Origin: Octopus sinensis | Taxonomy: Eukaryota | Assembly (NCBI RefSeq): GCF_006345805.1 | Contig: NC_042998.1 | Location: forward strand, 132,866,001-132,930,000 | Reading direction: 5' to 3' | Length of the DNA stretch: 64,000 bases | In this document: positions 23,775 to 37,941 of the stretch, piece after piece | How the letters are laid out: each line of letters begins with the position of its first letter | Numbering within the stretch: position 1 is the stretch's first letter | Notes under the pieces: generated by a model | Database searches by the model: none | What the model saw: the letters and a program-made list of their open reading frames with translations, nothing else | Told to the model about the DNA's origin: nothing | Position numbers and translations under genes: made by a program

Positions 23775-24593
23775 CGATGTCTGATCAATAAGTATCTGTT
23801 GCCATAATAACGAAACCAAAGGACGTTCTAGCTCACTTTCGTTGTTTACAGCAGTACATGGAAGAAGCATGTGTAGCGTGTGATCATCGCATTAACTGTG
23901 ACAGAGAAAGTTGTCATGGTGATACCTGATCAGAGGCCTATGCAATGTTACAGAAAGTCTATGGAGAGGAGTGTATGAGCTGCACACAAATGTACCGGTG
24001 GTTCAGACGTTTCTAAGATGGCCGAAAAATGTCGATATTGATGAACGTTTTGGGTGACCCGCAACCAGTAGAACTGAGAAAAATATCGGAGATGTGCGTG
24101 CAGCTGTGAGAGGAAATCGTCGAATCATCATACATGAGTTATCAGAGGATGTCTAGATCAATTAAGGTTCAGTTCAGACCATTATCACTGAATATTTGGG
24201 TAAGAGATGCGTGTCGGCCAAGTTTGTGGCAAAACTGCTTTCAGCTGACCAAAAAGTCACTCGGGTTTCACAGTTGCAGAAGATCTTGATTGTGTCGAGA
24301 ACGATGAAAACTTATTGAAAACTTTGCATAGGCTTCTGAGCAGGTATCGGGCTTTTGACAAAATTTGATGCAGATTCTCTGTTCAACTTTCTCTGTCATG
24401 GTCAATGCGATGATCACACGTTACTCACCTTCATTCCAAGCACTGCAGTAGACAGCAGAACTGAGCTACAGCGTTAAAACTTAGTGCGCATGTACCGTAG
24501 AGTTGAAGGTCAATATGTGTCGAGCGGCTTTACTCTGCGTACTTTAGCTTCGTTACTATAGCTACAGTCTGGATATTTATTGACCAGACTACG
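23775..24593 (+). mobile_element. Mariner-family derivative built from two inverted left ends
   Basis: TIRs cgatgtctgatcaataagtatc / gatatttattgaccagactacg. Transposase N-terminal remnant 23897-24315 (EAYAMLQKVYGEECMSCTQMYRWFRRF...SAKFVAKLLSADQK). The right part 24310-24593 is an inverted 5' end encoding MTEKVEQRICIKFCQK on the minus strand. Confidence 0.85.
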
Positions 24594-26521
24594 TGTGCAC
24601 ATATCTATTAGCGAATGTTCAGTCTGCCACTGTCAATGACGTTACCTGCTCATTTCACACCGCCTAATAAGCTACAACTCTCTATATTTTCAATTGTGTG
24701 CAATTTACAATTATCTAGAAACGGATTTTTTCTATAAGTGTGAAAAAACCCCATATTTTTATTCAATATTGAAGTTATATAAGCCATGGTGTCCGGTAGC
24801 ATTCATCATGTCGCATCTCCTGAAAGACGTCTTTACAAATTAAAGAAGAAATACGAACATTACAGGCCCAAATATGGACAGACCTCTCTTGATTAGAAAT
24901 AAGCAAATGCATTTTCATACTGTATTACTGATAACGGCCTTCCGATGCTGCATATTAATTAATTTTTTTTAAAATCACTGCGGAAAAATGCCAACAATGA
25001 CCTTTTCAGGCTCTCCAATATTTTAATTTCTAAAAAGAAACAATCGGGGGTAGGGAGTGAAGTTGCAAAAAATTCACAGTTTCTCAAATTTCTCTTTTCT
25101 ATAGCATATAAATGTATTTATGGGGGAAAATACTGAAGAACATCAATACATGCGAGAGGGATAAAGAAACGAGGTGGGTTGTCTCTGGATGTGCTAGAAA
25201 CAACAGCAAAATCGCCCTCATTTTTATCTCTGAAATTTGTAACATTTTTTTTTTATTACCGAAAATGTTCTTCCCAGGGTTTCGAAGTGAAAAAAGCCAA
25301 ACTAGGAGGGAGTGGGATGATGAGGGAGTGGGGTATAAAAAAAAGAGTTTTCAAGGCTTTTTTCATACAAAGATGCCCCCCAACCCCATCATTTAAAAAT
25401 GAGGACAATCCCCGAAAAAACTTTCCCCACAAATTTCTTGCTAATCGTAATCTATGCCGTTTGAAAGGGATTTGTATAAATTTTAATTAAAAGATACTCA
25501 TCTTTCTGAAAGTTGTGAGGGAAAAAATTCAAATCGTGTGAATTTTCCGAAACTCTTCTCTCCACTCACTCGGAAAAATTATTTCCCATAAATCCCTACA
25601 TATTCTAAAGCTACTACATCTAAGCGGTATTTGTAGAAAATTTTGTTAAAACGTATCCAGTTTTCTGGATGTTATGAAGCAACAAAGTCGGGGGCGTATA
25701 CATCTGTAGTAATGCCCTTTTATTTATGCTATTTTTTAATTTCATGTTTATTTCATTCATTGTTTACAATGTTCTTCCCCCCTCTCTCTCACGCACACAT
25801 ACATATTGCAAAGCTTATAAATGGGCTGCAGAATTGAAATCTCTATGTTGTTTTGAGGGGAAGGTAAAACTTGACAAACTGCTTCTCCTTCTGTTGTTGG
25901 ACTACCGTGATATTTATTTAAAAAAAAAAGAGAGATTGTGACTGTAACAAAATAATGAAAATAATAATTTACTAAGTAAGTGAGCACTATTATACAAAGA
26001 AATAATTAGACGTAAAATATAATAATTATTATGATTGGGAATCAAATGTGAAAACATAATCAAGGGGCTAGCTGAAAACCGCCCGGGAGCGGTCTTTCTG
26101 CTAGTATTTATTATTGGTGAAGATTGCAAGCGTTTGTTATAATGAAGACACGCTTTGGCAGTTGCAATAGTTAACGTTAATATTTTATTCTATTGATTAT
26201 CGGAGAAATTCACTGATAGTTTGCAACATCAATATTTTCTATCCTCTCACAAGAACAAATAATTTTATCTCTCAGCCAGAGCAACAATTAACAATAGCTT
26301 CAAGCAGTCGCCTACTTCACTCTGATATTTCACTGAAAATACAATCTACGATTACAAACTTTGAAGAAGGCGTGCACATACATACATACATACATACATA
26401 CATACATACATGTATTTATACATAAAATCGTTTATCCGTCTGTCTGTCTGCTTTTCCATCTATTTATATACAAACACATATGTGTGTGTATGTGTGTGTG
26501 TATGTGAGTATGTATGTGTGT

Positions 26522-26559
<38 letters not shown>

Positions 26560-26574
26560 ATTTATGTATGCATA

Positions 26575-26750
26575 TGTGCATACATAGACGCAAAAATGAT
26601 TGTGTGGTAGAAAATTTGTTTTCTAATTACTTCGTTCCAGGTCCTGTGCCATTGTGAAGCACCTTCAGCGAGTGTCTTCTGTAACTTCACACCGAACAAA
26701 GACTTGTGAATGGATTTTGTAAACGGAAACTGAAAGAAGCCCGTTGTATT
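26575..26750 (-). mobile_element. SINE family A, 5' half
   Basis: Family A head on the minus strand (acgcaaaaatgattgtgtggtag...gcaccttcagcgagtgtcttct...acggaaactgaaagaagcccg reads as family A on +; orientation of this degenerate copy is less certain). Confidence 0.5.
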
Positions 26751-26873
26751 TATATATATATATATATACCCCAAGTATTCTATAGTACTTTTGTGCATGC
26801 AACACTTATTAAATTTTATTTAAAAACATTTCATACTATATATTTCATACGTACATGTGTATATATATATATT

Positions 26874-27035
26874 CTCTCTCTGTTTATCTCCTCGTGTTCC
26901 TTTCTGTTGAAGAGTGAGGGGCTCGAAACGTAAAAGACTCTCACCTTCCCGTGCGTCAAGCTAATACACCTGCTTGTTGTTTATATACCTGTCTTCGTCT
27001 TTTGTTTTTTTCTGTAAATTTCAACTCTATATATA
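26874..27035 (+). mobile_element. Penelope-like element terminal repeat (solo fragment)
   Basis: Homologous to the 3' end of the GIY-YIG element at 31600-31735 (ctttctgttgaagag..ggctcgaaacgtaaaagact...ctaatacacctg...cctgtcttcgtc). Flanked by TA runs. Confidence 0.75.
26899..26937 (+). ncRNA. Minimal hammerhead-ribozyme-like motif with variant core
   Basis: cttt-CTGTTGA-a-GAGT(gaggg)GCTC-GAA-ACGT-A-aaag. Stems I and II pair and stem III is the palindrome ACGT, but the core reads CUGUUGA rather than CUGANGA. Confidence 0.45.
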
Positions 27036-27166
27036 TTTGTAACATTTCACACGTTTCATATACGCATCACAGATCAGACTGCTTGAAACGAAAAATTCCT
27101 AGCATCGGGCAACAAGTAACCTTATAGTTTCCAAAGACCTCCCAAAGTATCCTAGCTGTCCCTGTT

Positions 27167-27210
<44 letters not shown>

Positions 27211-27841
27211 TGCGCAATAAAACTAAGGCGTAAAACTATCTGATTATGGAATACGTAGTATAGTAAACGATGAGACAACGAACCTAGTCATATATAGTTG
27301 AAATTAGAAGACTGTATAAAATGCGTTTTACGTTTTATATAATAGATAACTGCATGGCTTGTAAACTGTATTTTCCGTTTATTGATCGGAGAAAGATGTA
27401 CGATAAACATCTAAAATGTAGACATATTAACTCCATGAAGGTATCATCAGCAAACACGAATTACATTCCACTAATTTAAAAATTATATCATGTGGAAGTT
27501 CAATGTAATGGAAGTAAATTAAAAGGTGTACTCTATCGTCGGTAAACGTGCTTAGAGTTTCATCGTGTTTGCAATAGTGCGGTTATATCACTCGATTTTA
27601 AGAATGCATGAGCCAGGCTTCTGCAAATTATGCGCCATTATAACAGAAATCGGTTTTGGCATAATGGTGAGCATCAGGAAAATGTTATTATAATAGAAAT
27701 GTTATTCTAAAATAATCCCACCATTATTTTGAAAATGACTTATTTTTCGCCAATCATTATGATTGTTATTTTAAAATATCCTCTGTTCATTACGCCGTGC
27801 GTAAAACTGCGACTGTAATTTTAAAATATTCCTTGTTATAA

Positions 27842-28245
27842 GGCGGTGAGCTGGCAGAATCGTTAGCACGTCGGGCGAAATGCTTAGCGGTATTTCGGCT
27901 GCCGTTACGTTGTGAGTTCAAATTCCGCCGAGGTCGACTTTGCCTTTCATCCTTTCGGGGTCGATAAATTAAGTACCAGTTACGCACTGGGGTCGATGTA
28001 ATCGACTTAATATCTATGTCTGTCCTTGTTTGTCCCCTCTGTGTTTAGCCCCTTGTGGGTAATAAAGAAATAGGTATTTCGTCTGCCGCTACGTTCTCAG
28101 TTCAAATTCCGCCGAGGTCGACTTTGCCTTTCATCCTTTTGGGGGTCGATGAATTAAGTACCAGTTGCGTATTGGGGGTCGATCTAATCGACTGGCCCCC
28201 TACTCCAAAATTTCCGATCTTGTGCCTAGTGTAGAAAAGAATATT
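27842..28245 (+). mobile_element. Young SINE family B with an internally duplicated (dimer-like) body
   Basis: A box ggcagaatcgttag, B box gagttcaaattcc. The segment ggtatttcg...gtcgatNtaatcgact occurs twice (27889-28008 and 28073-28192). Confidence 0.9.
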
Positions 28246-28542
28246 CCTTGTTATATTATGAATCACGGGGGGGGGGGGCTGACATATGTATGTGTAGCTA
28301 TGATGGGGCCGAATCGGTTCAGCTGGTGTACCTTTATATTCTACATGCACTCTGAAATAAAGTTGAAAGTGGCATGCTTATATGAAGTGAAGAAAAAAGA
28401 TAGGCATAAAATGGATAGCTTTATTGAAAATTTTCGATGTTTAGTGAGATGTAATTTTAAATATCAATGAACACTAATAGCAAATTACAATAAATTTGCA
28501 TATCGGCAAACACCACCTATTTTTATAAACAGAATGAGGAAA

Positions 28543-28915
28543 TCTCTCTATATATAAAGCTGATGTTGTCTGTGTGTGTGTGTGTGGCAGGTTTGGTAGC
28601 CTTCAACTAACACTATCTCGTCCGAGACCCTGCGGCGCAAGTTAACCAAAATTGAGAGTATGATAGAAGAAAAAATTCAAATCGGACCATGTTAACATCA
28701 AAAATTATTAACATCAAAAAGGTACTTTTTGCTATGAAAATTCCTATTTTTTACGATTTTTTGACTGCTTCGTCGCAATTTTTCGGTGTATTTCAACCAG
28801 AAAAATGTTCACTTCAAGAGAATAACAAGCTACATAATGCAAATTTTTTACTTTTCAATAATTCCAATTCTAAAGGGTCGGAACAAACCCGAGCAACGCC
28901 TGGCGATACTGCTAG
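28543..28915 (+). mobile_element. Non-autonomous Helitron, short family (373 bp)
   Basis: A|TCTCTCTATATATAAAG ... cccgagcaacgcctgg hairpin ... CTAG|T. Canonical TC/CTRR ends at an AT target, no TSD. Confidence 0.9.
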
Positions 28916-29379
28916 TTTATTATATAAACAAAAGCTTCGAGCATCTGTCCACGATTATTAAGCCTGTCATAGACATCATCAGCAAGGTGCATCTCCTGCT
29001 CATCTTCAGATAGAAACATATTCAATAAGGTTGCTCCGTGCACCAAGAACATGCTAAGGGAATGAACGCGTGAAAAGTAGATTTGATGAAACTGACTCTG
29101 AAAAGAAAACTCAAAAACAGAAAAAGTTAGGTATGGTTGATTGAAGGGCTACGCGTTAAGCAGGAATTAGAGAGCATTTGAAGGTCTTTTCTAACCTCTG
29201 TTTAACATTATACCACATCGTCCATCCCATCTTCTCTCTCGGGGAAAAAAGAAAACAGGTGTGCATGTGCAGGTTAAATATATGTGGGTGCGTGTTTGTA
29301 TGTGTGCGCTCGCGCGCGTGTGTGTGTACGTGTGTGTGTATGTGTGTGTGTGACAGACACAGACACACACAGAGACACA

Positions 29380-29427
<48 letters not shown>

Positions 29428-29924
29428 ACACACACATACACAAAGTAATAAGCGAAACACAGGCGCGTGTACTACAGCAATATTATGTGTAGCTTTAATA
29501 CTGAGATCGAAAGGCTGGGGCGAATTATGCCTACCTAATCTACAATATATATATATTGTATTTTATGCATAGCAATCAGAGTAACCTTCATAATTTTATT
29601 AAATTTGGTGCATATTTTGTCATAAAAGGAAAATGTTACTATCGATCTATTTTATTCAGAATAGGCACTGCCTACCTTGCCTACCCAGGCTACACGTCCT
29701 AGATACATATCTGAGGTCCTTGTAGAGTATTTTCAGTGAAGCACTCAACCCGAGTTCTGGGCTACCAACACTGTTGGATTCCAGATTAATACCGAAATTC
29801 TTCAAGTGCAGAAAATCCTGGTTTCCGATGGTAAAACTGTTGTATAGGTGTGACGAAGAGTAACCTAAAATCTAAATGATAAAACAAAGAAATCCTTTAA
29901 TACGTCTTTAATGACATACGTATA

Positions 29925-30078
29925 GGCGCAGGCGTGGGTATGTGGTAAGAAAATTCCTTCCCAACCACATAGTTCGGGGTTCAGTATGGCACCTTGGGCA
30001 AGTGTCTTCTACTATAGCCTTGCGCCGACAAAAGCCTTGTGAGTGGATTTGGTAGACGGAAACTGAAGGAAGACCGTC

Positions 30079-30082
<4 letters not shown>
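29925..30082 (+). mobile_element. SINE family A, 5' half
   Basis: ggcgcaggcgtgggtatgtggtaag...ggcaccttgggcaagtgtcttctactatagcc...gacggaaactgaaggaagaccgtcg. Confidence 0.9.
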
Positions 30083-30135
<53 letters not shown>

Positions 30136-30469
30136 ATATATATATAATATATATATATATATATGCATCAAATGAAATAAAAAATAGAACCCAAAGGATG
30201 TCGCGGTACATGTGTTTCAAGCTTTATACAACAACCTATTCTTACATCAACGTATAATCGACATAACAGATGGTTTAAAGCTCTCTTCAGTCGCATGCAA
30301 TTGCTATACCAAAGACTTCCATCGCATTATGAAAAATCCGAAAATGTACATTTAGTATTATCTATAATGGTGGGTATATTGAGTTTGTTTGTAAATCTGC
30401 ATAATCAAATAGGTATGTAGGGTATCATTGGACTTCAAAAATCCGTCCATACTCTATCATCAGTCAACA

Positions 30470-31729
30470 TAGAGTCAACCATGACCTTGAGACTCAGTCT
30501 CAACTCATGGCTCTCCACTTCATCCTACGTGGACATCCCCTCACCACTATCCACACCGTCCTTGCCAGAGCACTTCCGTGGACCGTGCACCAGCTCTCTC
30601 CTTCCCCGCCCACCCCGCCGTCATCCGTCTCCCGTTTCCCCTTACCTACCACCTCGCCACCCTATCTCTCCAACACCACCCTCCTCACAAGCACCCATCA
30701 TCGACCCTATCATATCACCGACTCCTTCACCAGCACTTTTAGCAATGTCATCTACTGCATCTTCTGCTCTCTCTGTCCAACGGGACGCCGCTTGGCTGAC
30801 CGGTTCGCGGAACACCTCCGATACATCAGACTCGGCAACGACACCCCGGTCACGCGCTATTTTCGCTCTACCGGTCACTCTTTACAACACCTCTCTGTGT
30901 TCGGATTGTCGGACTCCCGTCTTCGCCGTGAGCAGGGATTAGTCTTCTCTCTCCACTCATTTGCATCACATGAGTTCAACTCTCCTCCCCTTTTCATCTA
31001 ACTCTTCTCCTCTCTTCTCTCTTCCTCTCACACCCACTTCTTCCCATCCACCGCGCCTCTCTTGCTCTGGCACCTACTTCCTCTCTTCACTCCTACCCCC
31101 TTTTCCTTTCCACCCTCTCCCTTCATCGTCACCCCATCCCTCGTTACCCCACCCTACATATTACAACCTCACCATCCCTATAATCCCATCCCACCCACCA
31201 CATCCCTAAGACCCCACCCTTGCTTCTCTCACTCTCACCTCTCCCACACACCCTACACCAAACACCATCATACCACACACCACCATACCACACCACATCA
31301 CACCACTCCGCACACACTAGCACTGACCACTTCCCAGCACCCACACCAGCGCACACACTATCACTGACCGCTTCCCAGCACCCACACCATCATCCACACA
31401 CCTACACATGCACACACACATACGTCAATGTCACCAGCCCCCTTCCACACGCACATACACGCTCTCATATATACATGCACACCCTCGTTTTGGGATTACC
31501 ACTACTTTATTATCTCTCCTTCTTCCTAGTTCTCCTGTGTGACCTCTCTGTCCGGCATTCACCATGATAGCTCGCTAGCCACTAAACCTTTTTCTATTTT
31601 CTCACTCTGTTTCTTTCTGTCAAAGAGCGTAGGCTCAAAACATAAAAGACTTTCTTACTTCCTGAGCGTTAAACTAATACATCTGTTTGTTGTTTACACA
31701 CCCGTCTTCGTCCTTTTTTTGTACATTCT

Positions 31730-31735
<6 letters not shown>
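30470..31735 (+). mobile_element. 5'-truncated Penelope-like retroelement (GIY-YIG endonuclease remnant plus terminal repeat)
   Basis: ORF 30507-31001 contains ITDSFTSTFSNVIYCIFCSLCPTGRRLADRFAEHLRYIRLGNDTPVTRYFRSTGH, a GIY-YIG remnant lacking the YIGET segment. C/T-rich 3' region and a terminal repeat ending at (TA)n. Confidence 0.85.
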
Positions 31736-31796
<61 letters not shown>

Positions 31797-32619
31797 TCAT
31801 GTATATGTATATATAAAGATATATATGTGTTTGTGTGTGTTAGCATGTTTTAATGTATATTACTAAATATATGCTTATATACATGTACTTTTTCTTAAAG
31901 TAACATATGTTACACGTTTGCGTTTAGTTCTGCTCAAGGCAGTTACAGAAAGTGTTGAGTCAATGACAATACAATTTACATTTCGTATTGTATTATTTAG
32001 CAGTAATTGCTTTGTCTTGCATATAATTCCAAACTTTTTCTGCCACCGTTGATATGTTTGCATAAGTACATATCTTCATATATGCATAGATGCATATACA
32101 CAAACAACTTCCATACATATATACGTACATCACATACACAGAAAGCGATATCCATTTATCTTTCCTCCCATCCAACAATTCATACATGCATAGACACACA
32201 TGATGGACAAGCATTAATAATTCTGTAATACATCACACAATTTAATGCACCATTCCATTATTCGGCTTCCAGAAGATTTGACTCACAATTACTCTATTCT
32301 GTTTGTGCCTAAAGAAATGAAAAATAAAATAAAAGATAAAAAAAAATTGTAATGTGCTTAGCATGTACTGTTTTTTCATACCATCACGTGTTACATGATA
32401 TGGCCTAGTGACTGTGGAGTCAGCTCCATCGACACCAGTCATTTTACGCACAGTGTTTATATAAGTTACGTCTGATAGCTATTGTTTCATTAATAGTAAA
32501 TGGTCAATACTCAAATTCTGAAGCGGCTGTTTCACAAAACCTTGCTGCATATGTGTAAATGGAAACCTTTAGAATTAAATCCGATATGATACCAGCATAG
32601 CGATGTCGACGAGACAACA

Positions 32620-32845
32620 ACGGAGCCTTTCCTCACTCGATTAGTTAGAAATGATAACTGTTTCTCCTAAAGATCACACATATAGGGGGAGGATATATCT
32701 GGATAAAGTAGTACTAGATGTATATCATCTGAAGAGAAAAAAAATGAATGAATGAATGAAAGATGGTGACGTTGAAAAGATTATGATCTTAAGTCTGCTT
32801 GATCAGGGCAGACGTCGAAAAATAATAACAACAGCAGTAAAGATA
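32620..32845 (-). mobile_element. Dispersed repeat family D
   Basis: Inverted relative of 14050-14300 and 43060-43260 (gatcttaagtctgcttgatcagggcagac). Confidence 0.5.
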
Positions 32846-35094
32846 TATGTTGGCTATTAAATATAACCCAGTTATTTGTCTCCCACAAGAATGGAGTCTA
32901 TTAGAACAAAAATAGAATACAGGAATGGTAAACATTCAATGGGGATATAAGATGGAAGAAATATCGCTAAGAGACTTTTTTGAAAGGGATTATTAAAGGA
33001 ATGTAAAGAATCAAAGACTGAAAGAAAAAAAAAACAAGTAAAAAGAAAAGACAAAAAAAAAAGAACCGGAACAGAAAGTTGACATCATAACAATGAAGAT
33101 AGCTATTTAGTCAAAACATTGAAAGCTTCGAATGAGTGCTAAACAATTTCGGGATACATGAAAAGGAATTTCTTACCACATAAGTGAAAAGTCTTACTAT
33201 AAAAGCAATCAAACATCAATGAAATAATGGTGTTCTGTTGTAAGATATGCCAGATCTGAGAGAATATCGAGCGAAACTCTGAGGTGGGTCCATTGATTTA
33301 ACATCGTAAAATAAGACGAAAGGAGAGAGAACTGAATATGGATGGATATCAAAATAAACAACTTATAACTAAAGGAGGGAACTGCGCGCCATGCATATTA
33401 TAATATTGCTTACTTTGTAATTATAATACGCTTACAGCTCACAAATGCTCCGGAAAGACGAATCAACAAAGGAGGTCCATTTGCAATACCTCGATCTACT
33501 AACATTTTCTGCGAAATTCATCCAAATTAGATACTGTTACCTTTTGAATATGCAGTGTACACTGAATAATGTAGTCCTAGATACATCACACAGCTAGATC
33601 TCTTTGATTTCATGTTGGTACAGCCAAAGCTGCCCGGGTCTCTAAATAGCACTAATCACAATTTCAAGATGTTAAACATTGCGCTACGTTGTTCCGAGAA
33701 GTGTCCAGCCGTGATCACAGTTACGGTACAATTATTTGTGCATCCTACCTCAGACCTTTAAAAATCCTTCAATTAACCTTTAATAACATTCACCTTTATC
33801 GTACCGCTGTTATACTCAGATTTATCGTAATTACCCGCAGCAAAACAGCCACTGTAATATCGATGTGTAATAAATGTACAGCTTTGAGATAAATATACTG
33901 TCTCTTATACTTATGCACTCAGTCTCCGTGATGTTAGACTCACAAGGACTTTTTCGGTAGTTCGGAATGAGGATTAACAATGCAGCCGAATTGTTCATCT
34001 TACCCTCTCAAACAGTCAATCACAACAACTGAATTCTACATACTAAAATGTAAACAAATAATAATTATGCATGTTATAATTATTATTGAGAATTAATGGT
34101 TTTCAAGGACATAAAATGACGGTCTAGTAAGTATCTTTCCACGTGCGTATAGTGAAGTTGTAGACAATTGTAGTTGCTGTTTAATTCGATGCTGTCCACT
34201 ATTATACTATGGTTTTTGTATTAATCACCAGAAAAAATCTTTAAAATTTTAACTTGTTTGTTTGTCGTCTTCCAAACAATACCTTCAAGTCCAGAGAGTT
34301 CCCAGAACCAATAATGATTTCTAACATTGCACATGGCCAGACAGTCTTTTTTTTTGGTGAAGGTAATGTTAGAATTAAAATCAATTGTATAAACTCTGTA
34401 TTCAACTGGTACTTAATTTATTAATCACAGATGAATGAATTACGAAGTCGACCAAGGTGTCATTTGAACTTGGAGCAACTCAATTTGCCCGAGGCTTTAC
34501 TGTTTCCGACAATCCTAATAAAGCTTCCAAACACGAGGCTAAATATTTTGTAAGCGAGCTACTATCGATTAAATTGATCCGTGTATTTGACCGGTGCATT
34601 ATTTCATTGATCGCGAAAGGATGGAAGTCGAGTAGGTTCGGTGTGATTTGAACTAAGTAAATATCTCAAAGTATTTACTTTGTCTCTCCCATTTCTGCCG
34701 TTTCCTATTGTTTTTAAATAGCTTAATCGAAGAAGGGAAGAATAACAGTCTTGACCCCTTTTTAAGACCCGGGCTGGTGGGTCATGGACAAACTACTAAG
34801 GGCATTGTAGTGATATTTTTAACAGATTGAATTTGTTACTCAGAACAAGAATGTTCTTTTCGACGAACTTCCACTCTGTTTCCGACTACTAATGTTAACT
34901 CTCAAGACCTTGGTTCAACTGAAGCAACAAGAGGATAGTTATGTGGTTATCGAGTCTGCTTCACAAATACGCATTATTGGATTTTGATCCTACTCTGTGA
35001 TACTAATGCATCACGGAGTAGGATCCATTAATATCCTTACGCCCAGTTATCATAACCCTTTCTACTACAGACACTGGGGGGAATGATATCGATA

Positions 35095-35309
35095 GCATTC
35101 CTCTCCCAGAAACTTTGCGGGAGGGAGATAGTCGATATCATTGACCCTCCCCCCCCCGCCCAGTACTGTACTGGTACTAATTGTATTGGCTCCGAAAGAG
35201 ATGAAAGTTAATGTCAACCTCAGTGGTATTTGAGCACAGTGCGTAAAGTGGGCGAAAGGCCGCTAAGTAGTTTTGTCCGGCGTGCTAACGATTCTGCCAG
35301 CTCGCCGCC
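35095..35309 (-). mobile_element. SINE family B
   Basis: cggcgtgctaacgattctgccagctcgccgcc is the reverse complement of the family B head. Confidence 0.85.
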
Positions 35310-37328
35310 TTTAATCCTACTATTGAAACAGTAATGATTATGCTACTAACTGATCATGAGCAATTCTCATATTGACAAAGTCGAACAAAATTGTTGTATT
35401 GGAAAGCTGTAGACGATTATCATCAATTTCTTCAGCTGATTGGTGCATATTCTACGAAGCGTGGAGGGATGAAAGTGAAAATCGATGCTGGCCAGTCTTG
35501 AACTCCGGAACATCAAGGGAGTGAATAAACACAAATGTTGTAAGAAGGTAAATTAGTGCAACTTTCAATTATTTCTGCTTACTCACCGCTAAGAAAACAA
35601 CGGTTTATTGACACAGAAGAATAACTAGACGAAAAAGAAGCCACGTTGGTTGGTGTTGGGAGACCAATTTTATGATGGCGTTAGTAGGGATTGATTGAGG
35701 TGATTATGAATGTTGGCACTGGCACAAGGCGACAGATTTTGGTGGAAGCGAAATACTTGATTAATTCAAACCAAGTATTTCACTTTTACTTATTTGAACA
35801 GAAGAAGGCTCTACGTACGTGGTCGTTCAACCTCAGATTGCTCCCGAGTGTTTTTCTTTTTTTCTTTTTTTAAACGACTTAAGGATAGTGTTCGTCCTAG
35901 ATACACCATGACTGAAAACACCAAAAATCTGACGAGATGGTCACAAATGTCATAAGTCTATCTGATTAAAGGTCTATCTGATTATAGGTGTATCTGATTA
36001 AAGCTGACATACACCAGCAGCAGCAGCAACAACAACAACAACAACAACAGCAGAATAAACCTCACAAAATGAAGGAAAAACCAAAGTCAAATTTCGGTAA
36101 GATTTCAACTTAATAAAATTACTTCAATTTACTAACTCCGCCGACAACAAACAAACAAATGTTATCCTTTTATTTTCTTCTGCTCTCTCCCCTTCTCTTT
36201 CTCTGTCTGTCTGTCTGTCTCTCTCTCTGTGTCTTTCTCTCTCTCTCTCTCTCTCTCTCCTATCTATGTCTCTCTGTTCTCTCCCTCTTTCCCTCTAAAT
36301 TTCTTCCTCTTCTTCCCTTACTCTTCTCTTGTCTCTCTGCTTCGTTCTCACCAGAGTTGTTTTTCATCCATCAAAGATTCACTGCCAGCTCAGTTTTTTT
36401 TTTTTTACAAAGGGACGTAACTAAATACCCAAATGAACGTCTGTTTTGGCACGCGCACGCGTCTTGTTTCTTATCAACTTCAGACCACTCGGAATCGAGC
36501 AGACTGATGATTAACAGCTCTCCGACCATGACAATCTCTTTCAGTCAGATATAATGGACAATATAATAATATCTAATGTGCCATGCCTCATTTACAAATA
36601 GTAGGATGTCAACCGAGGTAGATTTTGGCTGCTATTTCTTCTCGCTGAGCGACAACACAGAGGCTTTATGGTTCATATAATGCATTTTATCCGGCGCTGT
36701 ACCGGTTTTTCCATTCACCGCCCTTTGGTGTTGATGATATTAATGGAAAAAGAGATAGTAGTATTTTTTAATGAGGAAGATGTTGGCGCCAGTGGTGGTT
36801 ATGGTGAGCGTTGTTGATAATGTTGATAGTGACGCACTATGAATAAAATCAGTGAATCGCTATAAAACGAAGACATTAAACGAATAAATACACTTGCTGA
36901 CCCCATAGACACAATCGTTTGTCGCTTTTCGTCTGTTTTTCAAAGTGGAACGAACGGTAGAGAGTAATGCCAGATCGCATATTTCATGGCTGATTAAACG
37001 GATTCACCACGTTGTACAAGGGTATGTGTGTGTGTGTATGTGTTTCTTTTTTGTATGTATGTATGTATGTATGTATGTATGTATGTATGTATGTATGTAT
37101 GTATGTATGTATGTATGTATGTATGTATGCATGCGTCGATGTGTATGTGAATGAGTGTGCGTGCATCACGTTTATGTTTGTATGTATGAACCTTTTTGAA
37201 AGAATTTACGAGCGTATTTGAATCTATTTCTTTCTTTCTCTCTTTCATCCCTCTTTCTCTCTGTCTTTCTTTCTCTCCCTCTTACTCTCTCGCTCTCTCT
37301 GCCTATATATATGTATACATACATATTA

Positions 37329-37371
<43 letters not shown>

Positions 37372-37941
37372 TGTGTACACACACCAATTCATATGTGGTT
37401 TTACACATACACACATAAATTTATAGCTCTTCTGATAAACCTATAGTCTCTCCTTGTAGTGAATGCTTTTTTCTGTTTCTATACATTAAGGCGTATATTT
37501 TCAATTTTGCATACACACCCTAACACACAGGTACATACATATACATACTTTTAGACACACACACAGTCACACACGCACACAGAATATGAAATACCGGTGT
37601 TCTTTCGTACAAAGTTTATGAGAAGGCTCAATAGATTTCGAGAATGCGAGAGCAAAAATAAAATAAAATATAAACAGAATGACATGAGGAAATTAATTCA
37701 GGTAAACAGTAAAAAGGTGAATGGAAATAAAGTCACTGAAACGAGTCACGATTTTGGTTAGAAAAACTGTGACGTGTGACAGGGGGAAAATGTCACACTT
37801 AATTTAAATGCCATAAATAATAGTTTGATTGATTAAACAACTATTTTGGTTACATATTAATTGACAGCGAAAAATTTGTATACTAACGAAATGCAATTTA
37901 TGTAATGGTTTTACATGTATGTGAAAAAAAAAAAAAATCAA

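Noticed and set aside
27625-27675. Imperfect hairpin atgcgccattat...ataatggtgagcat as a possible pre-miRNA
   Set aside because: The stem is too short (about 12 bp) with a large loop, and there is no seed match to a conserved miRNA I recall.
29676-29836. Minus-strand open exon-like frame FTIGNQDFLHLKNFGINLESNSVGSPELG... with a faint LRR look
   Set aside because: The donor lies in gggtaggcaaggtaggcagtgcc, which looks like a MITE end, and the LRR spacing is not properly met.
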